Source of the DNA: a virus
Length of the DNA stretch: 64,000 bases
IMG/VR virus record: IMGVR_UViG_3300007513_000010
Reading direction: 5' to 3' (one strand)
How positions within the stretch are numbered: position 1 is the stretch's first letter; the number at the start of each line of letters is the position of its first letter. A program made the translations under genes and the position numbers. Under the pieces are notes generated by a model, which was given only the letters and a program-made list of their open reading frames with translations, had not been told where the DNA came from and searched no databases. Positions 36,800-46,235 of the stretch are shown one piece after another.

Positions 36800-38521
36800 A
36801 TGACTGATAAATTAAAAGATGCCATCAAGGGTATACAAGACGCGGCCGGCGCCCTCGACGACGCAGCGAAGGATCTTGAGGCCCATCGCCGCGGCACCGG
36901 AGGGGGAGGCAGACCACCACCAAGAAGAAGGAGTCCACAACCCGGCCGGGGGTCCTCCGGCCGCGGGGGATCTAGCGGACCAGGGTACCGCGAAAGAGCA
37001 ACAGAATATACTAAAGATTCTTTTAGAGATTCCAGGTACAAGACAAGACTTGGTGTAGATTCTTACTCTCAAGATATTGACGCGCTTATAGCTATTGATG
37101 CGCGCTATGCTCAGATGACAGGGAAGCACATGAACGATGTTGAGGGGTCGTGGGGAAGTGCAATTTCGACCATGTCTGGCGAGATGCGGAAATTTGTCAT
37201 GGATGCCCCTCAAATGTTAGATAGAATTTTGGATTTACCAATTACCATGAGAGCGGCAACTGTTGATATGGCCAAGGATAAGAACTTGGCAAATCAGTTA
37301 GCTAAAACTGTTGGCTTTTTTGACGAACTAGGAATATCCGCGGAAGAGACGATGGGCGTTTTAGATATGACTACAATTGGTTTCGAGGCTTCGTCTCAGG
37401 AGGCAATGGCCCTTGCAGTATCGGTAAGAGATATGGCAAAAGAGTTGGGCAAAACCCCAGAAGAGTTGATGCAGGATTATTCACAACTGCAAAAGACTTT
37501 ATCGTATTCTCTAGATAAAATAAATTCAGAGTTCCGCAAGCTTGAAATTCAATCTCGAGCCACCGGCATTCCAGTAGGAGATTTGGCGGATACTTTTGGT
37601 AGTCAACTTGACACGTTTGAAGGGTCTGCTGAAGCAGCCGGAAAACTGAATGCGGTCTTGGGAGGCTCCTACTTGAATTCTTTGGAGCTTTTGAATGCTA
37701 CCGAATCGGAAAGAGTGGACATGGTCAAAAAGGCAATGAAGGCCGCTGGTACAAATTTACAAGACCTACAAAAGGGAAAGGGTTTTGGCTTGAAGGCTAT
37801 TGCCAGCTCTTTGAATCTTCCAATTGATCAGACTCGAAGACTCTTGTCTGGTCGAAGCGAAGAGGTCATGAAAGATCTGCAGAAGAAAGGAATAAAGGGC
37901 CCTAGTATGGACACTGCTGAATTAGAGGGCTCTCTAGACGATTTGGGTTCTGAAGTGCAGAGACTACACGGCCCAATGAATGAGATGATTTTGCAAATAA
38001 GAGGGATGAAAGATAAGGCTCAACTCGAACCGACCGGAATGGCGGATCAGGAAAAGGCCGGCGGTTTGCTTAACTTTTATTTAAGAATGGTGGAACACTC
38101 CCTAAAAAGAGACGACGCCCGCAAACCCGGCGACCCTCTGAGAGACAAATCCGGCATGTTTACTGGCCTTAGCGCACTTAAGGATGTTTTAGATGATAAG
38201 AACATTTTACCTAAAGAGAAAATTATAAGACTCAATCTGTATGTCAAGCAATTAGAGGCCGCTTCTTCTGCGCTTGAGAGATTAAAAGTGCCCATTCCGA
38301 CAGTGATCGCTGAGCCGATGGCAGCAAAAGCGGCCTCTAAGAAGAACCCCTTGCAAAGAGTCCGACCGCCAGCCCCCGGGGCACGCCACACCGCCGGAGC
38401 CGGTCCGCCTGCCGGCCCCGGTGCAGGTACCGGTGCAGGTACCAGTACTGTCATAAATGTCAAACTTCCTAATGGCAAGGTAGTTAGGAATATTGCAGTT
38501 GAGTTCTTAAGGAATTTATAG
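36800..38521 (+). CDS. Tape measure protein
   Basis: Helical Ala/Leu/Met-rich; LDTFEGSAEAAGKLNAVLGG segment; position after tube and chaperone; 573 aa. Confidence 0.7.
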   Translation: MTDKLKDAIKGIQDAAGALDDAAKDLEAHRRGTGGGGRPPPRRRSPQPGRGSSGRGGSSGPGYRERATEYTKDSFRDSRYKTRLGVDSYSQDIDALIAIDARYAQMTGKHMNDVEGSWGSAISTMSGEMRKFVMDAPQMLDRILDLPITMRAATVDMAKDKNLANQLAKTVGFFDELGISAEETMGVLDMTTIGFEASSQEAMALAVSVRDMAKELGKTPEELMQDYSQLQKTLSYSLDKINSEFRKLEIQSRATGIPVGDLADTFGSQLDTFEGSAEAAGKLNAVLGGSYLNSLELLNATESERVDMVKKAMKAAGTNLQDLQKGKGFGLKAIASSLNLPIDQTRRLLSGRSEEVMKDLQKKGIKGPSMDTAELEGSLDDLGSEVQRLHGPMNEMILQIRGMKDKAQLEPTGMADQEKAGGLLNFYLRMVEHSLKRDDARKPGDPLRDKSGMFTGLSALKDVLDDKNILPKEKIIRLNLYVKQLEAASSALERLKVPIPTVIAEPMAAKAASKKNPLQRVRPPAPGARHTAGAGPPAGPGAGTGAGTSTVINVKLPNGKVVRNIAVEFLRNL

Positions 38522-38566
38522 TTTGGTGTTTTTGTGTCAAAATTAAAACAGAAGGAGGGGTAAGGT

Positions 38567-39256
38567 TTGATACCTTTTCATGAAATAGTAAACAATACAG
38601 GTTATTCAATAAGCATTAAGCACGTTGCAACAGGGAGAGCCATTAGTTTTCCTTGCTTTATGACGCAGTTTTCAGACGACTATTCTGTAGACTGGTCACC
38701 CGAAACTGTGTATGGTCGTATGGATCCTATCCAGACGTACAAAGGCACTACAAGAAAAATTCAAATTGACTTCGACGTCTTGGCTGAAAACGAACAGAGA
38801 GCAGAAGAGAACATGATTGCAGTGAGAGAGTTTATTCGCTTTATGTATCCCAAGTATACCAGAATAGATGACACTGGATTGGTCCGGACCTTGTCAGCTC
38901 CTCCTCTCCTGAAGATTAAGTTTGCAAACTTAATTGAAAGCTCGACAACAGGAGAGGGTATACTCGGAGCTATTTCTGGCTTTCAATACAAGCCTGTGCA
39001 CGAGTCAGGGTATGTGATGCCCCGCGCAGGTGTTATTTTTTCTAGAGCTTTTTCAATTTCTCTATCGTTCGACGTTTTGCACGATCACGATGTTGGGTGG
39101 AGCGAAGAAAACACTTGGCTTGGAGGCCCAGACTATCCCTATGGTTTGGAGTCAAAAGAACTTGTACCAAATTCGAAGAGGTTGTCGCCTAGCAGTATTA
39201 ATGCGGACCCTAGTGACCCGGTCAACGCTGCGCGTCGCCGAGAGATGTTAAAGTGA
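38567..39256 (+). CDS. Baseplate tube-initiator protein (gp48/gp54-like)
   Basis: FSDDYSVDW, YGRMDPIQTYKGTTRKI and APPLLKIKFANLI; TTG start with SD GGAGG. Confidence 0.7.
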   Translation: MIPFHEIVNNTGYSISIKHVATGRAISFPCFMTQFSDDYSVDWSPETVYGRMDPIQTYKGTTRKIQIDFDVLAENEQRAEENMIAVREFIRFMYPKYTRIDDTGLVRTLSAPPLLKIKFANLIESSTTGEGILGAISGFQYKPVHESGYVMPRAGVIFSRAFSISLSFDVLHDHDVGWSEENTWLGGPDYPYGLESKELVPNSKRLSPSSINADPSDPVNAARRREMLK

Positions 39257-39266
39257 GGGTCTTAAC

Positions 39267-39605
39267 ATGACAGACAGGAACGAAAAGAGAGAAATATTAA
39301 TAAACAAGAGCCGGCTTTACAAGAGAAAAGCAAAGTCTAAAAATCTTAATTTTTTTCGTCAGTATAACTCGATGAAACTGAATACGCTGACTCCTGATGA
39401 TGTTGCAGAATTGACGGTCATTGATCATTTGTGGAAATCTGGGGACAGATATTATAAATTGGCCTATAAATATTATGGTAGTACTGATTTATGGTTTCTT
39501 TTGGCATGGTTTAATAAGAGGCCAACAGACCATCATGTTACCTTAGGTACCCCAGTGCGTATTCCTTTGCCACTTGAAAAAGTTCTGTACTTATACAACA
39601 AATAG
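39267..39605 (+). CDS. LysM-like baseplate protein (gp53/P2 gpX-like)
   Basis: GDRYYKLAYKYYGSTDLWFLLAWFN...GTPVRIP. Confidence 0.75.
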   Translation: MTDRNEKREILINKSRLYKRKAKSKNLNFFRQYNSMKLNTLTPDDVAELTVIDHLWKSGDRYYKLAYKYYGSTDLWFLLAWFNKRPTDHHVTLGTPVRIPLPLEKVLYLYNK

Positions 39606-39620
39606 GGCTATAATACTAAG

Positions 39621-42155
39621 ATGGAATTCAACGAACAGAAGTATTTAATTTGGAGCAAATTCATAAAGGAAGAACTGAATACACAATCTAGCTTTTCAAA
39701 AAAAAGAGAAACGGCCGTTCCATTAAATACAGTTACAAGTCTTACTGAAGACCCATCATCGACGTTGAGCAAGATCTTGTCTGCCAACCTCATTAAATCT
39801 GGCAAATCAAAGAGGGCTTTTGTGGACATGCCCACTCACAAACTATCCATGCTTGTGCCGTTTATACAATTATACAAAGTTGTCGGCGACGCATACCAGC
39901 CATTTTATTTTCCTAGACACCACCAGGAGATGGAAATAGAGTCGATAATGTCTGAAGGTGGGCGCTTGTCGGGATCGGGAATTAAGAGTTTTGATATAGT
40001 GTTTGAAGGGAAGGACACTTTTACAGCTGACAAGCTATTGAGATGCAATTTAAATTTCTATATCCAGGATATGAAGTCTCTTTTTAATTCTCCGGGTGGA
40101 AACTTTGCACCTTTGGCAGAACTGATCACAGCGCGCGCTCCGAATCAATTTATCATTGACTCTAAAAACAAGGCACACGCAGAACAGGTAAACAAATCTA
40201 GGTCTATCGAGATAAAGGTAGACCTAGGTTGGTCAGTATACCCGGAGATGTCAGAAGAATTCACTTCAGATGAGATTGAGGCAGTAAGAAACAACACGGT
40301 CTCCTTAAGGCTAACCTTGGTGGACCATAATATTAATTTTGCACAAGAGGGGGTTCTGACAATATCGGCCAGCTATATTGGAAGACTGGAATCCATGTTA
40401 GATAATAAAACTTCAGATATCCTGGTTTCTTCTGAAGATTTAAATTATTTTGCTAATATAAACAAGCAAATAGACTCTTTGAAAAAGGAATACAAAGAGA
40501 ATGATTCGGTGGTAGATAAGAAAGAAGAGGCAGTGATAGAAGAGGAGTCGAGAACAGCCCTGATTCAGAATTTTAGCACGATACTGGATCGTCTTGATCC
40601 TAAACAGAAGAGCTCTTTTTTTACAGAAGATATAACTCTCGCAAAGGAGGAAGAGTTTTTCGAATCTATTCAGACAAGTAAAAAGAAAAACAACGAAGTT
40701 GATAGCTCTAGGAAGAAAGCCGTCCGCGCCGCATCCGGCACTCCACCGCTAAACAAGCCTCAAAATAAAAAGAAATCAAAGAGAAAAAAGCCAAATCTAG
40801 CAGAAAGGACCATAAATTATATATATTTAGCAGACTTGATGGAGCAGGTCATGATAATTCTTAACGAAAACTATATGGCAATCAATGATGCAAAGATAAA
40901 AAAACAGCTAGAGTCTTTTAGGATAATCTTGGCAGACTTTCGCCTTTCTATCGTGGAAAAAAAGGGAGAAGCCTCCATTGCCACTATGCCATTTTCATTA
41001 GGGGAATTTCCCATATCCATAAGGGCGTTTTCAGAGTGGTTCAGAGACAACATAATAAAACCAGCTAAAGTTAAGTTTGGTTTTATGACATTCCTAGAGA
41101 CGATGATCAATGACTTGGTTTATGGTTCTCTGAGTAAGATGAATTACCGCGACGCTCCAATAATTAATGAAAATGTTAAATTTGGCATTGCTTCTGTGGT
41201 TTCATTGAGTGGTCATGGCAAGCTAAAGGGAAAAACTAAGATAAAAGCGGACGACATGCCCAGTTTTTCCGCAACTATGAGCACCAAACAGTTTGACAAT
41301 GATGTGGATTATATGATATTCTATTCTTATGTATCTGCGCAACCTTCGCAAAAAAATAAATCTGGTGATATAAACAAGGATGAGAAGGATGGAGTGTTTC
41401 ACCTATATCTTGGTCAAAACAGGGGAATAATTAAGGAAATAAACTTCAACAAGGTCGACCTTCAATATAGGAAGGAGTTTTTGATAGCAAATAGTTACTC
41501 TTTGTTTGACGAATTGAGACTGCCGTACAATGCGAGCATTTCTATGTTTGGAAACACCATTTTCCGCCCGGGCAGCCAACTTTATATAAACCCCTCAAGT
41601 ATAGGACTGGGAGACCCCAGAAACAAAAACTCTCCCGCAGTTCGTTTGGGCCTAGGCGGGTACTACACGGTGACTAAGGTGACTATGGACTTGAATGAGA
41701 CCACCTTTAACACAAACTTGGACGCGGTCTTTACTGGCTGGCCAGAAGCTAAGGGTGTTGCGGGGAAGCTTGCAAAACAGACCGCCATTCAGGTCGCAGC
41801 CGCCTCACAGATCGATGCCACCGCGACCACAGGGGGTTCTTCTCCAGATCCAAACCCAACACCCTTTAATAGGGTCTCTAACCCGGTGAATCCTCATTCG
41901 AATGTCACGCCGTCTTCTGTTAAATCTGGACGCCAGATAAGGAATGATCATTTGGCCGCAGCACAGTGGGCTTATAATAATCCTGGCCAGGTCCATTCTG
42001 AGTATGATATTAGCAGACAGACAGGTACTGTCACCGGAGGGCAGGCTGCAACCATGATAATGGTGCGAAAGAAGAACCATTTTCGTCATTTTGACTTTTT
42101 GTTTGACTCATCTGGAAACGTTATCCCAACTAGTGGTTGGAATCAAGGCCCGTAG
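39621..42155 (+). CDS. Putative baseplate hub protein (gp27-like)
   Basis: C-terminal YNASISMFGNTIFRPGSQLYI...GGYYTVTKV hub-type motif; position after the LysM-like gene. Confidence 0.55.
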   Translation: MEFNEQKYLIWSKFIKEELNTQSSFSKKRETAVPLNTVTSLTEDPSSTLSKILSANLIKSGKSKRAFVDMPTHKLSMLVPFIQLYKVVGDAYQPFYFPRHHQEMEIESIMSEGGRLSGSGIKSFDIVFEGKDTFTADKLLRCNLNFYIQDMKSLFNSPGGNFAPLAELITARAPNQFIIDSKNKAHAEQVNKSRSIEIKVDLGWSVYPEMSEEFTSDEIEAVRNNTVSLRLTLVDHNINFAQEGVLTISASYIGRLESMLDNKTSDILVSSEDLNYFANINKQIDSLKKEYKENDSVVDKKEEAVIEEESRTALIQNFSTILDRLDPKQKSSFFTEDITLAKEEEFFESIQTSKKKNNEVDSSRKKAVRAASGTPPLNKPQNKKKSKRKKPNLAERTINYIYLADLMEQVMIILNENYMAINDAKIKKQLESFRIILADFRLSIVEKKGEASIATMPFSLGEFPISIRAFSEWFRDNIIKPAKVKFGFMTFLETMINDLVYGSLSKMNYRDAPIINENVKFGIASVVSLSGHGKLKGKTKIKADDMPSFSATMSTKQFDNDVDYMIFYSYVSAQPSQKNKSGDINKDEKDGVFHLYLGQNRGIIKEINFNKVDLQYRKEFLIANSYSLFDELRLPYNASISMFGNTIFRPGSQLYINPSSIGLGDPRNKNSPAVRLGLGGYYTVTKVTMDLNETTFNTNLDAVFTGWPEAKGVAGKLAKQTAIQVAAASQIDATATTGGSSPDPNPTPFNRVSNPVNPHSNVTPSSVKSGRQIRNDHLAAAQWAYNNPGQVHSEYDISRQTGTVTGGQAATMIMVRKKNHFRHFDFLFDSSGNVIPTSGWNQGP

Positions 42156-42166
42156 GAGAAAAAGAG

Positions 42167-43345
42167 ATGGTAAAATTAACTGGAGAAAATAGCCTAGGAA
42201 TTACTGACCTGTATGACGCGCGTAAATTTTATAAAGAAGATTTCTATCCTGTTGAAGCCTTGTCGGAAATGCCCATAGATTTTTTATATGAAAATCCAAA
42301 TTATGGGCTGATAAATGAACAAGATGAGACAGTATATGTGTTGACAGACGAAGAGAGAGTAAATTTAAAAAAATTTGATACGGCTAGGGTATATGGTCTT
42401 AATTTTGTCGTCGATGCGTTTCACTCATTTAGAGAAGAGTTTTTACATGATGTGAGGGAGAATAGAATACCTTCGCTGCCAATAATAGGTGAACTCCTCC
42501 CGGCTGAATCGCATATTGACTTCGAAGAGCTTTATTTTAACTACTTAAGGAGCATGGAAGACTTTCTGATAAATGAATATATTGTTGACCATCATATTAT
42601 CAATTTTGAGGATCTTTTGGGCGCCATAAGAGAGTTTGTTTTGACGATGGCAAAAGATCATCCGATAACTAGAAGCGGCTTTATAGATTCTCGAAATTGC
42701 CCCCTGACTGCCTCCGGCCTGATTGTTGATGTTGGAAAACAGGACTGTTCTTCGGACCCTTTCAAGGGTGACCTCATCCAAAGCCGCGGCTTTGCTTGTT
42801 TCGTTCAGTATGCTGCTAGGCATGGTTTTTTAGTAGATAAAAACGCGCCCTGGCGTCTTGTCTGTGATACGCATTCAGAAAAAATGAGGAAGTATATGCT
42901 TCCCTATGCTAGCAGTGCTTTATCTAACGAGCAGATTTTAAACACTCGATATAGGGTGAAGTCTCACTACGATGATATATATGACCTACAAGATTACATA
43001 TTTAGAATGTATAAGTCGTTGATAAGGGTGAGCCCTTATTATATTCGCAGAGAGGGTAAAAAAAGATCTTTCATTTCTAGAGAAAATATGGTATGGTATA
43101 ATCAGAAGAAGTTTGATAAAATGTTTTGGCTTAAGTTGCTTTTCGACACGCGGATTGCAGAAATAGGTCATCCATCATCGTACCCGGAGTACGATTTAGA
43201 ATTAAAAGAGATACAAGATACGTTTCGAATTTTGGGTATGAGGTCCGCGCTAGGTAAATTGGGCGCAACAGTATCAAAAAGAAAAAAAAGAAACACTAGT
43301 ATCAATAGCTATGAACCAACAAAAGTGAAAGATTATATAAGATGA
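42167..43345 (+). CDS. Hypothetical protein
   Basis: SD AGGAG; aromatic-rich; HGFLVDKNAPWRLV segment; ATGA-coupled to the PolA-like gene. Confidence 0.6.
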   Translation: MVKLTGENSLGITDLYDARKFYKEDFYPVEALSEMPIDFLYENPNYGLINEQDETVYVLTDEERVNLKKFDTARVYGLNFVVDAFHSFREEFLHDVRENRIPSLPIIGELLPAESHIDFEELYFNYLRSMEDFLINEYIVDHHIINFEDLLGAIREFVLTMAKDHPITRSGFIDSRNCPLTASGLIVDVGKQDCSSDPFKGDLIQSRGFACFVQYAARHGFLVDKNAPWRLVCDTHSEKMRKYMLPYASSALSNEQILNTRYRVKSHYDDIYDLQDYIFRMYKSLIRVSPYYIRREGKKRSFISRENMVWYNQKKFDKMFWLKLLFDTRIAEIGHPSSYPEYDLELKEIQDTFRILGMRSALGKLGATVSKRKKRNTSINSYEPTKVKDYIR

Positions 43346-44406
43346 CGGCAGCGTTAATTGAGCTGACAACAGAAGAAGAAAAATACCTTTGGAAATATGA
43401 GCCCACCCTCGCGACTCAAGAAAGCACTTATTTATACTTGTACACTCTAGGCGCAAAGCTGGACGATATTCTTCCGCTTGAAATTGCATCTGAACTGAGT
43501 AGATATAGAGAAAAGGTGAAAGCAATTTTACTTACTTATAAAACTGCGAAAATAGAAGCTTCAAATTACAATTACAGAGAACTGATTCCAGAACATGTGT
43601 ATGAAAGATATGAGATGTATCATTCTCTTGCTCAAGGGTGGGTTGCAAAGAATGTTCCAAAACCCCGCCATTATAATATTTTAAGCAAGGCTCACGAAGT
43701 TGTGGAAGACATAGGCAGCCGCCGCCTTGGAAACTTAGAACAAAAGGTAAAATATAATATCTTCGGAACAAAAACAGGAAGACTCACCACTCAACCTGGA
43801 TCATTTCCTATTTTAACTTTACCAAAAAAGGAAAGGTCCCAAATAACTCCACAAAATGACCTTCTTGTCGAGATAGATTTTAATGGCGCTGAAGTGAGGA
43901 CTCTTTTGGCTCTGTCTGGAACTTCACTACCCGCAGATGATATACATTCGTGGAATATGAAGATGTTACCACCATGGTTAACCAGAGAGGAGGCGAAAGA
44001 AAAGTTCTTCGCTTGGCTGTATAATCCTGCCTCCAAAGAAGAATGCTTTTCAGGAGCCTATGACAAGAGTATCTATAAGAGACACTGGAAATCTGGAAAC
44101 CTTAACACCCCATATGGGAGAGAGATAGAGGTAGAGGAAAGTAAAGCTTTAAATTATCTCCTTCAATCAACCACAAGCGACATTGTGGTGGAGAACACGC
44201 ACAAAATAATGCTACAGCTAAAAGAAAGGGAAAGCTTTCTGTCATTCATGATGCACGACTCGGTTGTTTTAGATTTTTCTTCGAAGGACCTGGCTATTTT
44301 AAATAATATTTTAGAAGAGTTTAAAATAACCAGACTAGGAAAGTATCAAACTTCTGTTAGAATAGGAAAAGATTATTACAATATGAGGGAGATCTCAAAT
44401 GCTTAA
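43342..44406 (+). CDS. Minimal family A DNA polymerase-like protein (palm/fingers only)
   Basis: TKTGRL, motif A DFNGAEVR, DIH, motif B REEAKEKFFAWLY, ALNYLLQST and motif C MHDS. Confidence 0.75.
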   Translation: MTAALIELTTEEEKYLWKYEPTLATQESTYLYLYTLGAKLDDILPLEIASELSRYREKVKAILLTYKTAKIEASNYNYRELIPEHVYERYEMYHSLAQGWVAKNVPKPRHYNILSKAHEVVEDIGSRRLGNLEQKVKYNIFGTKTGRLTTQPGSFPILTLPKKERSQITPQNDLLVEIDFNGAEVRTLLALSGTSLPADDIHSWNMKMLPPWLTREEAKEKFFAWLYNPASKEECFSGAYDKSIYKRHWKSGNLNTPYGREIEVEESKALNYLLQSTTSDIVVENTHKIMLQLKERESFLSFMMHDSVVLDFSSKDLAILNNILEEFKITRLGKYQTSVRIGKDYYNMREISNA

Positions 44407-45250
44407 AATCGTTTCAATCGGCACACCGGCCAAAAATTTGGCGGCAAAATTTTCCAGATTTGAAAATTATGATTTTTTTGCTTTCGATGATGTTCCAGCT
44501 GAAGAAATTAAAAAACAATTTCTGTTACCCAAGCTGGAGTCTCCAGAAGAATATGAGTCTGTACGCCTTCCCGGTTTAGATAAGTTTTTGAAAAAAGTTT
44601 CTGGCGAAGTATTGTTATTAGTTTGTGGCGCTTCCATTTGCTCGGGCGTCACTTTAAGGTTGATGGAAAAGGTTTACAAAAATTGTACAAAAAAAATAAA
44701 AATTCTTTATATTTTGCCAGAGGTGGGATTGCTGAGTAGAACGAAATCACTACAAGAACGAACAGTTAGGAATGTCTTGCAGGAATATACCAGATCTGGA
44801 CTATTTGACAAAATGACTATTGTGTCCAATGCCGAAGTGGAAAAATCGATGGGGAATTGTACCATATTGGAATATTATGACAAACTTAATGAAACGATAG
44901 CCTATACCTACCACATGATTGAGGTTTTTAAGAACTCTAAACCTATTTCAAGTACGGTTTCGAAAATTGATGAATGCTCTAGGATTTCCACAATTGGTGT
45001 TTCCTCTTTGGAAAAATCTGAATCTGATTTGTTTTTTTCTATTGACGATGTGCGTGAAATCGTATATTATTATGGAATAAGTGAAAAAAAACTAAATAGT
45101 GAAAAAAACTTATTTCGAAAAATTGTAGAATCTATAAAAAGCAAAACAACAGAATACACTAGAGCATCATTTAGCATATATCAGACAAAATATGAAGACG
45201 ACTATGTTTACATTGAACATTATTCCCCTCGAGTACAAAAAAACACTTGA
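44399..45250 (+). CDS. Divergent tubulin/FtsZ-like protein
   Basis: KIVSIGTPAKNLAAKF (T1-like), LLVCGASICSG (degenerate GGGTGSG), ILPE, IVSN and YYDKLNETIA occur in tubulin/FtsZ order. Confidence 0.5.
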   Translation: MLKIVSIGTPAKNLAAKFSRFENYDFFAFDDVPAEEIKKQFLLPKLESPEEYESVRLPGLDKFLKKVSGEVLLLVCGASICSGVTLRLMEKVYKNCTKKIKILYILPEVGLLSRTKSLQERTVRNVLQEYTRSGLFDKMTIVSNAEVEKSMGNCTILEYYDKLNETIAYTYHMIEVFKNSKPISSTVSKIDECSRISTIGVSSLEKSESDLFFSIDDVREIVYYYGISEKKLNSEKNLFRKIVESIKSKTTEYTRASFSIYQTKYEDDYVYIEHYSPRVQKNT

Positions 45251-45275
45251 CAGAAAGATAAAAATTTAGTATAGT
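45247..45275 (+). promoter_or_regulatory. Strong sigma70-like promoter
   Basis: TTGACA-N17-TATAGT upstream of the SSB gene. Confidence 0.8.
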
Positions 45276-45343
45276 ATATACAGTTGGTCGGGAAATTTGC
45301 CGACCTGCTTTAGCCACAGAGTAAAAAAACAAGGAGAAAAACT

Positions 45344-46102
45344 ATGGCATTAAACTTAGACGCAATGCGCGCAAAATTAGACAAATTAAACGGAAAAGGT
45401 GACGGCACTAGAACTCAGTTCTGGCGCCCAGATGATGGTGAAAACAATATTCGAGTAGTCTCGACGCCAGATGGCGATCCCTTTAAAGAAAGGCATTTCC
45501 ACTATAATGTAGGTACGTCAGGCTTTTTGTGCCCGAAGAGAAACTTTGGAGACAACTGCCCTGTTTGTGATTTCGCAAACAAGCTGTGGAACGAAGGCAC
45601 CGAAGAATCGAAAAAGCAAGCAAAAGATCTTTTTGCGAAGCAAAGGTTTTTTTCCCCTGTTCTGGTTAGAGGCCAGGAAGACCAAGGCATCCGCGTCTGG
45701 GGTTTCGGAAAGATGGCTTATGAAAAGCTGTTGACAATTGTGCTAGATCCGGATTATGGTGATATCACAGACCCAGAAACAGGAAACGATCTGAAGATTA
45801 TGTACGGAAAGCTGCCTGGCGCATCATTTCCGCGGACAGATATTCGTCCACGCCCGCGAAAGTCGCCTCTTTGCGATGACGCCGTCGGAGGAGATGACCG
45901 CTGCGCCGAACTTCTGGAAACAATTCCAGAATTCGAAACTTTATTCGAAAGAAAATCTTCAGAAGAAGTGGCAGCAATTTTGGACCAGTTCTTGTCAGCT
46001 GACGGCGGAAATGACGAGATCCAAAAATTTGGTGAACAAAATGTCGCGACCAAGCCAGTGAGCAATGTTGAGGCTGCTTTTAACGACCTCCTAAATCAAT
46101 AA
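45344..46102 (+). CDS. Single-stranded DNA-binding protein (T4 gp32-like)
   Basis: FWRP, HFHY...CP...CPVC Zn site, VWGFGK, DITDPETGNDL, acidic tail ending FNDLL. Confidence 0.85.
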   Translation: MALNLDAMRAKLDKLNGKGDGTRTQFWRPDDGENNIRVVSTPDGDPFKERHFHYNVGTSGFLCPKRNFGDNCPVCDFANKLWNEGTEESKKQAKDLFAKQRFFSPVLVRGQEDQGIRVWGFGKMAYEKLLTIVLDPDYGDITDPETGNDLKIMYGKLPGASFPRTDIRPRPRKSPLCDDAVGGDDRCAELLETIPEFETLFERKSSEEVAAILDQFLSADGGNDEIQKFGEQNVATKPVSNVEAAFNDLLNQ

Positions 46103-46235
46103 ATATTAGCGCAGGAGGGCCCGGCTTATAGGGGCCCATTGTATAATAATGAGGGTGTTGCAAAGTCAACCATAGACCACTGATTTCTAATGATGAATGA
46201 TTGGGGCCCAAGATAACAAGAAAAGGAGAAACATT

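Noticed and set aside
44399-45250. Nucleus-forming jumbo phage (PhuZ/chimallin) interpretation
   Set aside because: The virion genes are T4-like, no chimallin or multisubunit RNA polymerase is recognisable, and the tubulin motifs are degenerate.
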